Assembly: GCA_964491365.1 (NCBI GenBank)
Contig: CAZBFU010000006.1
Span: 1-34,165, forward strand
DNA: 34,165 nucleotides
Reading direction: 5' to 3'
Source: an uncultured Pseudomonadales bacterium
GTDB taxonomy: Bacteria > Patescibacteriota > Microgenomatia > UBA1400 > MFAQ01
Shown in pieces: positions 24,596 to 33,043 of the stretch (position 1 is the stretch's first letter; every line of letters starts with the position of its first letter). The notes under the pieces were generated by a model, which saw nothing but the letters and a program-made list of their open reading frames with translations, was not told where the DNA came from and searched no databases. The translations under genes and the position numbers were made by a program.

Positions 24596-26166
24596 ACGCC
24601 CTCCTTAGGGGTTAACACTTTGTTGAGCCAAATCATCATTTTCATTCCCAAACTTTTCTCTTTACTATTGATGGTCAGATTATAGTAATGATTAGAAACT
24701 CTACGTAGTGCTCTAATACCATAAATAAAAATAAACTCAAAATCTCTTAGTCGCCCATTTTTCAAAAAAAGTATTTGTCTATACAAAAATTTAGGAGAAA
24801 TGGCGATCGTGTACATTTTCCTTACTGCTTCATAGTATTCTTCATGTGGAATAGGCGTTTTCACAATTAACTTGCTCATATCATGATCGCTGTAGTTTTT
24901 AGCCAGTAAAACTCCTCTGTCGATACATTCTTGATGGTATGGGGTGTAATCAAGTGGTGTACAAAGGGTTACTTGTAAGGTTCTAGAAAGACCCTCATTC
25001 ATTAGAAATGTCACGTAGTCAACAGTTTCTTGTAACATTTTTCTCGTCTCCCAGTAATATCCAACCATTACCGTCAAGTGAGGATGTAAACCGTATTTAG
25101 TCATCCATCTCAAACACTGTTCTATATATTTCTTTTGATAACCTTTATTTAACCTTCGTAAAGTTGCCTCACTACCTGACTCCAGACCTATTAATACAAA
25201 GCGAAAGTTTGCTCGAGCCAATAACTTAATAGTTTCTTCATCAAGATATTCAAAACGTGTGTTAATTCCAAAATAACACCCTTTTTTGTGTAAACCTCTA
25301 GCGATGATACCTCTAGCAAATTCTTTTGCTTCTTCTCCGCGATACCAAACCCCAGAATCGTCGAAAATTTCCCTTACCCCATACTTAACAATCAACTCTT
25401 CATATTCATCTAAACTTTTCTCAACTTTCATCTTGGTAAAGGTAAGTTCGGGTCCGTTATAGCGGCAGAAAGTGCATTTTCCAAACATACAGTCTCTTAT
25501 TACACTAGTTGCATAAGTACCTGGAGTGCGTAGAAAGTTGCCATTTTCATATGCATAGTTTTTCCAAGAGACTAATTCACGATCAATTAAGGGAGATTTA
25601 TTTACAGCTTCAACCTGGCGAAAAGCTCCAGTGTCTCTAATTTCATCTTTATTCACCCTTATTGTTAGACCTTCAATAGTGCAGGATTTCCTCCAAGACT
25701 TGTGGTCTCGAATGTAGGGTAGAAGTCTGGTAAGAGCAAAGTCAACATGGTTACTTTTTACAACTATGTCAGTTTTACTGTTTTCTAAAGTTTCTTCTGG
25801 TTTTCTCATCGAGTGATAACCGGTCATTACAAAAATTGTCTTTGGCATGATCCTCTTTAAATCGTTGGTTAAATCCCAATAAAATTGCATGACAGGTGTT
25901 GTACTCTCAAAAACTACCACGTCTGGTTTGGATTTAATCAAATCATTTTTCCACTCAACAAAGGTCTTTCTAGCAGCATTGCCGTCGTCCCAACGAACGG
26001 AGAAATTTAAAGATTTTAACCACGTAGCTGCTTGAGCATAAGTTACAGGTAAAAGGTAAGTTGGTGTCTTGAAAAATTGAACGTTACGATTCTGTGAAAC
26101 CATTGCTTTCTGGCCTCTTTCATTCACAATCGGTGGATATGAGATTGCAATTTTAAGTTTTTTCAT
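24592..26166 (-). CDS. B12-binding-domain radical SAM enzyme (class B-like, possible C-methyltransferase)
   Basis: 524 aa. The N-terminal Rossmann-like region (DVVVFESTTP...IFVMTGYH) resembles a cobalamin-binding domain. The cluster motif is RDCMFGKCTFCRY, i.e. Cys226-x4-Cys231-x2-Cys234 (nt 25465-25491, which I re-translated from the DNA). IGLESGSEATLRRLNKGY is typical of B12-rSAM proteins. There is no Cys-rich SPASM tail. Confidence 0.75.
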   Translation of the reverse strand: MKKLKIAISYPPIVNERGQKAMVSQNRNVQFFKTPTYLLPVTYAQAATWLKSLNFSVRWDDGNAARKTFVEWKNDLIKSKPDVVVFESTTPVMQFYWDLTNDLKRIMPKTIFVMTGYHSMRKPEETLENSKTDIVVKSNHVDFALTRLLPYIRDHKSWRKSCTIEGLTIRVNKDEIRDTGAFRQVEAVNKSPLIDRELVSWKNYAYENGNFLRTPGTYATSVIRDCMFGKCTFCRYNGPELTFTKMKVEKSLDEYEELIVKYGVREIFDDSGVWYRGEEAKEFARGIIARGLHKKGCYFGINTRFEYLDEETIKLLARANFRFVLIGLESGSEATLRRLNKGYQKKYIEQCLRWMTKYGLHPHLTVMVGYYWETRKMLQETVDYVTFLMNEGLSRTLQVTLCTPLDYTPYHQECIDRGVLLAKNYSDHDMSKLIVKTPIPHEEYYEAVRKMYTIAISPKFLYRQILFLKNGRLRDFEFIFIYGIRALRRVSNHYYNLTINSKEKSLGMKMMIWLNKVLTPKEGV

Positions 26167-26169
26167 AAC

Positions 26170-26835
26170 TTAAAAGAAACTTTCTGTAAAAATTTGATTT
26201 CCGTTTACCCCAGCACTACTTAAGATGTCATAAACCTCGTTTATCATTTCACTATTTCCACACAAATAATAGTATGCTTTAAGATCTATCGGATGGCATT
26301 TTAAATAGTCAGTAACTCTACCAGCAAAATTACCTGAATCATCTCTTGAAGTACAGGAAACATAGTTTTTTCCATAATCTTTGGCGTCATAGCTTTCAGC
26401 CGCTGTTCTGATTCCGTGAATAATTTTATAGTTTAGAGATGGATATGAGGTCACATAAGAGTGAAACGGCGCAATACCCGTACCAGTGCCAATAAAATAA
26501 TACTTTGTCGATTTGTTTGTAGGATCAGTTATTATGAATTTTCCATAAGATCCATCTATTTGCACTTTGTCACCTTTTTTCAGTTTGGATAACGCATTTG
26601 AAACTGCACCGTCTTCAACTAATTTAATGAGAAAATCTAACCTACTCTTATTATTAACAGATGAGTATGTAGAATATTCACGGTTAATACCACTTCCAAT
26701 AATACCTAAATTTACACACTGTCCAGGAGTAAATACAAACCCATCTCGCTTCAGAGATAGACAAAAAGTTGAATCGCTCAGCCATTTAACCAAGACAACT
26801 TCACTCGATGAACCTACATTACTCAAATTCTTCAT
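26170..26835 (-). CDS. Ferredoxin-NADP reductase-family flavoprotein (FAD_binding_6 + NAD_binding_1)
   Basis: 221 aa. Motifs seen: R-x-Y-S FAD motif (NREYSTYS), GAVSNAL, GSYGKF, the NAD(P) motif GTGTGIAPF, LCGNSEMI, and a C-terminal aromatic tail TESFF. It ends 3 nt upstream of the radical SAM gene. Confidence 0.75.
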   Translation of the reverse strand: MKNLSNVGSSSEVVLVKWLSDSTFCLSLKRDGFVFTPGQCVNLGIIGSGINREYSTYSSVNNKSRLDFLIKLVEDGAVSNALSKLKKGDKVQIDGSYGKFIITDPTNKSTKYYFIGTGTGIAPFHSYVTSYPSLNYKIIHGIRTAAESYDAKDYGKNYVSCTSRDDSGNFAGRVTDYLKCHPIDLKAYYYLCGNSEMINEVYDILSSAGVNGNQIFTESFF

Positions 26836-26843
26836 AAAAACAG

Positions 26844-26849
26844 ATTATC
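26844..26849 (-). promoter_or_regulatory. Candidate -10-like box (GATAAT on the - strand) 8 nt upstream of the ATG at 26835
   Basis: The reverse complement of the 54-nt spacer reads ...gaaGATAATctgtttttATG. Confidence 0.25.
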
Positions 26850-26873
26850 TTCATAACATATCATATTCCATCA

Positions 26874-26879
26874 TATAAT
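26874..26879 (+). promoter_or_regulatory. Candidate -10 box (TATAAT) 10 nt upstream of the ATG at 26890
   Basis: Perfect TATAAT in the AT-rich 54-nt divergent spacer. TTCATA at 26850-26855 could be a weak -35 with an 18-nt spacer. Confidence 0.4.
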
Positions 26880-26889
26880 TCTTACTCAG

Positions 26890-28050
26890 ATGACAGAGAA
26901 AAAGGACAATAAAATCAAAATTGTAATTGTCTCTGGACTAACACCAGAAGGTCATTACACAAATACATTACTCGAGGGTTACAAGGTAAACAATAAATAC
27001 GAAGTAATAGTATACACAGACAATAATAGTCGAAAGAGCATTTTTGAGGTTAAAAAAGTTTGGAAAAAAAATGCAAAATTCTTTGTAGACATTCTATGGC
27101 AACTCATCAAAGATCGACCAGATATTTGTCACTATCAGCACGAAATAAATATGTTTGGTCCCAAAGTTACTGCAATTATTTTTCCACTCCTCATCTTTCT
27201 TACAAAACTAATTGGTATTAAAGTTGTCTGTACGGTGCACGCTACTGTATCAGAGAAACAGATTAATGATGAGTTCCTCGAAACTTTCTCGTATAAAGTT
27301 AGCCATCTGAATACATTTACAACGAAGGCATTTTTCTACATCCTTTATTCAATGATTAATAACTTTAGTAATAAAATTATTGTTCACACTGAGTATGCCA
27401 GAAGCATACTCCTTGAATACCCATTTGCAAATAAAAATAATATTGCTGTCATTGCGCATCCGTTTCCTAACTACACTTATAAAAACAACCGAAATGATCA
27501 AAAGATAACCAACCTCTTATATTTTGGTTATTTTGCAAAAAGAAAAGGTATTCTTAACATTCTTCGTGGATTTAATGAGTTTGTCAAAAAACACCCGATG
27601 TCAAAAGTAAAATTATACTTAGGTGGGGGAGTAATTCCAGGACAAGAGATAGTCATAGAACAGATACAGGAATTTATTCAAAAACATAATCTTAAGACAA
27701 AAGTAATCTATTTAGGTTTTCAAGCCAAGTTGAATGATATATACAAGCTTGCAAATATAGTCTTGTTGCCATCAAGTTTAGTTGTTAGTTCCAGTGGACC
27801 TATGTGTCATGCTATTTCAAGGTCTAAGATTGTTTTGGTAAGTGATAATCCTTACATTAAAGAAGAGCTTAAAGATAAAATAAATTGCCTTATTGTAAAA
27901 GATTCTGATTGGGAGGCTGCAATATCTACCATTCTCAAAGATAGTCATCTTAGAGAAACAATAACAAACAATCTTCCCTTAATTCAGCACAAACGAAGTT
28001 CTGCAAATATCTTTAGATTACACGAAGATCTATACTTAAAAAGTTTATGA
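26890..28050 (+). CDS. GT4-like (GT-B fold) glycosyltransferase, divergent
   Basis: 386 aa. The overall layout is GT4-like (LLYFGYFAKRKGILNILRGFNEFVKKHP...KLYLGGG, then VLLPSS...). A clear E-x7-E motif is not visible, so the family call is tentative. Confidence 0.5.
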   Translation: MTEKKDNKIKIVIVSGLTPEGHYTNTLLEGYKVNNKYEVIVYTDNNSRKSIFEVKKVWKKNAKFFVDILWQLIKDRPDICHYQHEINMFGPKVTAIIFPLLIFLTKLIGIKVVCTVHATVSEKQINDEFLETFSYKVSHLNTFTTKAFFYILYSMINNFSNKIIVHTEYARSILLEYPFANKNNIAVIAHPFPNYTYKNNRNDQKITNLLYFGYFAKRKGILNILRGFNEFVKKHPMSKVKLYLGGGVIPGQEIVIEQIQEFIQKHNLKTKVIYLGFQAKLNDIYKLANIVLLPSSLVVSSSGPMCHAISRSKIVLVSDNPYIKEELKDKINCLIVKDSDWEAAISTILKDSHLRETITNNLPLIQHKRSSANIFRLHEDLYLKSL

Positions 28051-29090
28051 TTATCACTTCAGTTATCGTTGTTAACTTAAATGGAAGTAACTATATTGAT
28101 AAATTGCTTAGTTCCATTTCAAAATCAAATTCGAGCGATTACGAAGTTGTCGTTGTAGACAACGGCTCAGAAATCTCAGAGATAAAATCTCTAGAAAGAA
28201 TAGTTAATAGGTATGATAGAGCCCATTTAATTAAGTTACATCGAAATTTTGGACCTGCATTTGCAAGAAATATTGGAGTAAAAAACTCAACTGGAAAAAT
28301 ATTAAGTTTTTTAGATAACGATACGTTAGTACACCAAAATTGGTTGATAGAAGCAAATCATTACTTTCGACAACATCCAAAAGTTGGCCTTATACAATGC
28401 AAGCTTCTACTAGAATCTAACCATAATAAAATTGATTATGTCGGAGAATACTTAGGTACCAATGGATTCTTAGTTCAAACTGCAAAAGGTGGAGATGTAG
28501 ACAATGGTCAATTTAATACTCCAACCAAAATACTGGCAGCAAAGTCCGCTGGAATGTTTATCCGAAGAGATGTTTTTGAATCTACTGGTGGATTTGATGA
28601 CGATTATTTTATCTATGTTGAGGAAACTGACTTGGGTTGGAGAACTTGGCTGAGTGGCTACGAAGTTCACTACTTGCCTAGCTCCATAGTTTTTCACCAT
28701 TCTGGAACAAGTAGTCTCATCCTAGGCCAACTAGGAGTATCAAAATTAGCCAAGTTTCATGGGCCAAAAAATTATATCTCGACCTTAGTAAAGAATTTGT
28801 CTTTCGAGAAATTGTTAATTATTCTTCCTCAGCACCTCTTGCTGTGGTTCGGGCTAATTTTCTTTAAAATAATTACCTTCAATTTCAAAGATGCATACTA
28901 TATGGTTTCTGGTATTGGCTGGGTAATCATAAACTTACCCAAAATTCTTAATAAAAGAAAATTAATTCAGCATCAACGAAAAATTAAGGATGAAACATTA
29001 TTTAAGCATCTAGTAGTACGACGCAGCTTGTGGTATTTTGTGAGCAAAGCTGTCTTAAAGTCTAAAGTAGGGAATGCCCAAAGTTATTAA
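28047..29090 (+). CDS. GT2 family glycosyltransferase (rhamnosyltransferase/WbbL-like type)
   Basis: 347 aa with an ATGA overlap. Motifs seen: IVVNLNGSNYIDKLL, VVVVDNGSE, NFGPAFARNIG, FLDNDT (DxD) and YVEETDLGWR. There is a hydrophobic C-terminal segment. Confidence 0.78.
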   Translation: MIITSVIVVNLNGSNYIDKLLSSISKSNSSDYEVVVVDNGSEISEIKSLERIVNRYDRAHLIKLHRNFGPAFARNIGVKNSTGKILSFLDNDTLVHQNWLIEANHYFRQHPKVGLIQCKLLLESNHNKIDYVGEYLGTNGFLVQTAKGGDVDNGQFNTPTKILAAKSAGMFIRRDVFESTGGFDDDYFIYVEETDLGWRTWLSGYEVHYLPSSIVFHHSGTSSLILGQLGVSKLAKFHGPKNYISTLVKNLSFEKLLIILPQHLLLWFGLIFFKIITFNFKDAYYMVSGIGWVIINLPKILNKRKLIQHQRKIKDETLFKHLVVRRSLWYFVSKAVLKSKVGNAQSY

Positions 29091-30078
29091 AATGAATTTA
29101 TCAAAACCAATAATTAGCGTCTGTATTCCTACAAAGAATCGGGAGAATTCTATAGGAAACATGCTTAAATCGCTTTGTAAACAAAGTTTTAAGCAATTCG
29201 AAGTAATCATTGTAGATGGGGGGTCAACTGACCAAACTCTTTCTATCGTTAAAAAATTTCAAACTAAATTAAATCTTAGAATTGTGAATCAACCTGGAGG
29301 TTTAATATCTCAGATGAATAAAGGTTTAAGCCTTTCTCATGGAAGCATTTTTGTCAGAACAGATGATGATGTAGTGGCAACCGAAGATTGGTTGAAAACT
29401 ATAGAGAGTGTTTTTCACAGCAATCCAAAGATAGGAGGAGTTACCGGTCCAACTGTAATTCCTGCTAAATACTCTAAGTCACGCGATTTATTCTATTTTC
29501 AGAGAAAGTTAGAAAGTGGAAATATACTCTGGAAACTAATTGGCAAATTTTATTACTCTTATCTATTAGAGAATAAACAAATGCATGTGAGTCAATGGCT
29601 AAAGTCAGGTGCATTTACCCTAGGTACAAATTTTTCATACTCGAGAAAAGAACCATTTCAAGAAATTACAAACTTAGAAGCGTGTAATTGGTCTGTAAGA
29701 ACCTCCCTTCTAAAAAAAATTGGAGGCTTTGACACAACGTACAGTGGGATCGGAGAATACCATGAACCTGATGCGTCTCTGAAAATCAGATCTTTAGGCT
29801 ATAAACTGGTTTTTCACCCCAAAGCGGAAGTGAATCATTGTCCTTCAATTGATGGCTTCTTTCAAGATCGACCTAAAAGCTATCCAAGAATGGTAAATTT
29901 TGTTACTTTCTATCTAAGACACATCAAAGCAAATACTATTGACAAAAAAATTCGTTTCATTTCGTATCTTATTTTTCAGAACTTATACTATACATTTCAA
30001 GCTATAAATAAAAAACAACCTGAATTATTGGGTTCTTACTTAGGAACAATAGTAGGTTTACTTAAATCCGGTAAATGA
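29074..30078 (+). CDS. GT2 family glycosyltransferase
   Basis: 334 aa. Motifs seen: ISVCIPTKNRENSI, VIIVDGGSTDQT and RTDDDVVA (DxD). An alternative start at the ATG at 29092 (MNLSKPII) would remove the 17-nt overlap with the upstream gene. Confidence 0.75.
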   Translation: MPKVIKMNLSKPIISVCIPTKNRENSIGNMLKSLCKQSFKQFEVIIVDGGSTDQTLSIVKKFQTKLNLRIVNQPGGLISQMNKGLSLSHGSIFVRTDDDVVATEDWLKTIESVFHSNPKIGGVTGPTVIPAKYSKSRDLFYFQRKLESGNILWKLIGKFYYSYLLENKQMHVSQWLKSGAFTLGTNFSYSRKEPFQEITNLEACNWSVRTSLLKKIGGFDTTYSGIGEYHEPDASLKIRSLGYKLVFHPKAEVNHCPSIDGFFQDRPKSYPRMVNFVTFYLRHIKANTIDKKIRFISYLIFQNLYYTFQAINKKQPELLGSYLGTIVGLLKSGK

Positions 30079-30833
30079 ATCAAGTAACTAAGGTAATAAA
30101 TGATTTAGAAAAGTATAAGCATCTTGGGGTAACCCTTTTTAGGGGTATCGAATTATTAGTTCTAAAAAAAGAACTAGCAAAACTTAAAATTAAAGGGTCA
30201 ACCTTAGATTTAGGTTCAGGAGATGGCTATATAAACTCACTACTTTTTAAAGCAAAATTTGCTTTCGGGGTTGACAACAATGAGGCAAACGATGCCCAAA
30301 TTGGTTCACAATCAAAAAGATATAAAAAAGTACTTATAGAATCTGCAGAGAAAATTTCTCTTAAAAGTAACAGCCTTGGTCTTGTATTTAGTAATAGTGT
30401 AATTGAGCACATTCCTGACAATAAAGCAGTCCTTTCAGAAGTCTCAAGACTTCTTAAAAAAGGTGGTCTCTTTGTTTTTACGTGTCCATCGTCGTTTTTT
30501 ACAAAGTATTTAAGCGACACATTTGGTAGTAATTATGCAATTTTAAGAAATAAACAATTTAATCATTTCCACTTACTGAGCCAAGTAGAGTGGAGCAAGA
30601 GGCTTAAGAACCATGGCCTTGAAGTTGTATCATTTCGATACTACATGAATCGCGATCAACTTATCTTATGGGAATTAATTTTATGGCTCTATAAGTTAAT
30701 GACTCCATTATGGTTTATCAGGCACTCTATCATAAGGACATTTTTAGCCAAAATTATCAGAAATAATTTAACAAATATAGATAGTATTTCACCAAATGAA
30801 GGAGCAAATATATTAATCGTAGCTAAAAAGTAA
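30075..30833 (+). CDS. Class I SAM-dependent methyltransferase (Methyltransf_11-like)
   Basis: 252 aa with an ATGA overlap. Motif I is LDLGSGDGY. It also has LVFSNSVIEHIPDN and LKKGGLFVFTCP. Confidence 0.75.
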   Translation: MNQVTKVINDLEKYKHLGVTLFRGIELLVLKKELAKLKIKGSTLDLGSGDGYINSLLFKAKFAFGVDNNEANDAQIGSQSKRYKKVLIESAEKISLKSNSLGLVFSNSVIEHIPDNKAVLSEVSRLLKKGGLFVFTCPSSFFTKYLSDTFGSNYAILRNKQFNHFHLLSQVEWSKRLKNHGLEVVSFRYYMNRDQLILWELILWLYKLMTPLWFIRHSIIRTFLAKIIRNNLTNIDSISPNEGANILIVAKK

Positions 30834-31592
30834 ATGTACTATAAACAGTTTAGAAAAGGGAAACGAACTGAAGCAAAAACACATTACGGTGATTTGTTTC
30901 TGGATAGATATATGGTCCAAAGATTTGGACTTAACTACTCGTTTGCCTCAATGGTTCTAAAAAAAACAAATTCTACAAAAAGTATCTTGGATGTAGGTGG
31001 GTATACTGCTGATAATCTTCGATTCTGGCTGGAGCAAGGTGAGAATTTAAAGAAAATAGACTATCACGTCGCAGACTATGACTCTTCAGCAGGAAAAGTC
31101 GCTATAAGTAGAGGAGCGAAATATCATTATTATGATCTTAATATTGATGATCTAACTGCACTTTTCCCTAAGAAAAAATTCGACTTAATTATCTGTACTG
31201 AAGTATTAGAGCATCTATTAGATCCACATCGACAAATGGAGTACTTTAGTAAATTACTTAAACCAAATGGAAGAATTATTATTTCACTTCCAAATGAGAA
31301 CACAATTTTCCATAGAATTTACTCACTTATAGGGTTAGGTATCGATCAGTATCCTTTTGTACTTTACAAACATTTACATTTTCCAACAGTAAGTCAATCA
31401 AGAGATTTTGTTTCTAACTATTTCAAAATACAAGGTCAAAAATACTATATGAACTTCGCAGGCACAGGTTCTAGATTTGGATACTTAGGTAAATTGCTTA
31501 CCTTAGTTCCTGATAGTTTCTGGAGAAAGTTAGTAGATCGTTTCCCATCTATGTTAGCTAGAGGAACCGTTTTTTATCTTAAAAGAAAGTAG
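30834..31592 (+). CDS. Class I SAM-dependent methyltransferase
   Basis: 252 aa, starting immediately after the upstream stop. Motifs seen: ILDVGGYTADN, DLIICTEVLEHLLDP and LKPNGRIIISLPN. Confidence 0.7.
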   Translation: MYYKQFRKGKRTEAKTHYGDLFLDRYMVQRFGLNYSFASMVLKKTNSTKSILDVGGYTADNLRFWLEQGENLKKIDYHVADYDSSAGKVAISRGAKYHYYDLNIDDLTALFPKKKFDLIICTEVLEHLLDPHRQMEYFSKLLKPNGRIIISLPNENTIFHRIYSLIGLGIDQYPFVLYKHLHFPTVSQSRDFVSNYFKIQGQKYYMNFAGTGSRFGYLGKLLTLVPDSFWRKLVDRFPSMLARGTVFYLKRK

Positions 31593-31593
31593 C

Positions 31594-32310
31594 ATGATTA
31601 GATCGTATTTAAATCATTTAATGAGGTCTGCTGAGGCAAACTATTTGGCTAATATAGTTAATGTTCTAAAGTCAACTAAGTTATCAGTTAATAATTTCGT
31701 AGATATAGGTTGTGGGGACGGATCAAATACACTGCTAATTTCAAGAAGTATAAATGCTACAAATGTGTATGGGGTTGACTTCGACGATAAATACTTAAAA
31801 ATTGCAAATAAAAGAGGGATTACTTCTTACAAAAGAAATATTAGCAAGTCTAATTGGGTTTCAGGCTTACCAAAGGTAGATTTTGTCTACAGTAATCAAA
31901 CTATAGAGCATTTGTACTCAGTGGATGACTATATAAAAAACATTAGAAAATTACTTAAGAAAAACGGTCACCTCTTAGTGTCAACTGAGAATTTATCCTC
32001 TTGGCACAATATTATTTCTATGCTCTTAGGTTTCCAACCATTTTCTCTAACAAACATAAGTGTCAAATGTTGGTCAATTGGAAATCCTTTTACTCTTGAA
32101 AAAAAAGGACATCATAATCATTTAATGATTCATAGATCTGTCTTTACTTCATATGCTTTACAAGTGTTTCTGAAAATGTATGGTTTTGAAATCATTAGAG
32201 TAATTTCGAGTGGTTACTATCCACTACCAAATAATATTCTTGGTAACTTATTTGCGAAGCTAGACCCAAGACATTCAGTATATATGGCAGTCTTAGCAAA
32301 GAAAAAATAG
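31594..32310 (+). CDS. Class I SAM-dependent methyltransferase
   Basis: 238 aa with a 1-nt gap from the upstream gene. Motifs seen: FVDIGCGDGSN, VYSNQTIEHLYSVDD and LKKNGHLLVSTEN. Confidence 0.75.
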   Translation: MIRSYLNHLMRSAEANYLANIVNVLKSTKLSVNNFVDIGCGDGSNTLLISRSINATNVYGVDFDDKYLKIANKRGITSYKRNISKSNWVSGLPKVDFVYSNQTIEHLYSVDDYIKNIRKLLKKNGHLLVSTENLSSWHNIISMLLGFQPFSLTNISVKCWSIGNPFTLEKKGHHNHLMIHRSVFTSYALQVFLKMYGFEIIRVISSGYYPLPNNILGNLFAKLDPRHSVYMAVLAKKK

Positions 32311-32311
32311 T

Positions 32312-33043
32312 ATGAGTAAAATTGGAATATTTCTCAAACTCCTCAAAAGATCTAAGAATAGATTTAGTTTATTCCTAACTTATTTAAAGCTTAAAGAAAG
32401 TGTTATACAAACTCAAACTGGTGAACAAGTTTTTGTCAGACCCAATGGAATTGACTACTGGATATATATAGAGAACTTAGTCATTGACAGCTATGAACTT
32501 TTCAAACTCAAAAAGAAAAAGTTTAAAAGTGTCTTAGATATAGGTTCGAATATAGGTTTATTTAGTGTCTATGCCCATTCCTTATGGCCAAAAGCCAAGT
32601 TTATTAATGTAGAACCAAATCCAGCTAGTTTAGTAATTCTCCAGAAAAACTTCAATTTAAATAATATTCGCAGCACAACAATAGCAAAAGCTGTTTCCAA
32701 CAAAGATAATCAGTTTATTAAACTTTATTTCAATGAAAACCCTGCTATGGCTTCCACCAAAGTGGGAAGTGGGTCTGCTATCAAGGTCACGACCATTAGT
32801 TTAAAAAGCTTGGTGAAATTAATAGAAGGTCCTAGTCTACTCAAACTAGATATTGAAGGGGCAGAATATCAACTCTTTACAAAAAATAATGAGATTCATT
32901 TTAAGAAATTTAACACCATTCTCATGGAGCTTCATGACTTAAATAGCAAAAATAATTCTAGTCATGTGATCAAGTACTTTCACAGAATCGGTTTCAGGGT
33001 AGAGGTTAATGGGCGGTTACTCAGTGCCTTACATGAAGACTAG
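32312..33043 (+). CDS. FkbM-family SAM-dependent methyltransferase
   Basis: 243 aa. Motifs seen: VLDIGSNIGLFSVYA, NVEPNP and LKLDIEGAEYQLF, the characteristic FkbM (Methyltransf_21) pattern. Confidence 0.72.
   Translation: MSKIGIFLKLLKRSKNRFSLFLTYLKLKESVIQTQTGEQVFVRPNGIDYWIYIENLVIDSYELFKLKKKKFKSVLDIGSNIGLFSVYAHSLWPKAKFINVEPNPASLVILQKNFNLNNIRSTTIAKAVSNKDNQFIKLYFNENPAMASTKVGSGSAIKVTTISLKSLVKLIEGPSLLKLDIEGAEYQLFTKNNEIHFKKFNTILMELHDLNSKNNSSHVIKYFHRIGFRVEVNGRLLSALHED

Noticed and set aside
24592-26166. The radical SAM gene considered as a RiPP maturase or peptide-modifying enzyme.
   Set aside because: There is no Cys-rich SPASM or twitch C-terminal extension and no plausible small precursor peptide ORF nearby. 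The neighbourhood is entirely glycan-related. A sugar- or lipid-modifying role fits better.
1314-30520. Short ORFs from the six-frame track that are nested in or antisense to the large genes: 1314-1580, 2744-3004c, 3607-3801c, 6372-6578c, 7100-7285, 8691-8888, 9855-10070, 9937-10140, 10875-11069, 13423-13830, 17256-17444c, 17521-17742, 18050-18259c, 21898-22116, 23830-24033c, 26567-26878, 28470-28700c, 30227-30520c.
   Set aside because: Each lies wholly or almost wholly inside a longer ORF that has clear family motifs. Their translations are low-complexity or odd in composition with no recognisable motifs. They are the expected by-products of AT-rich coding DNA.
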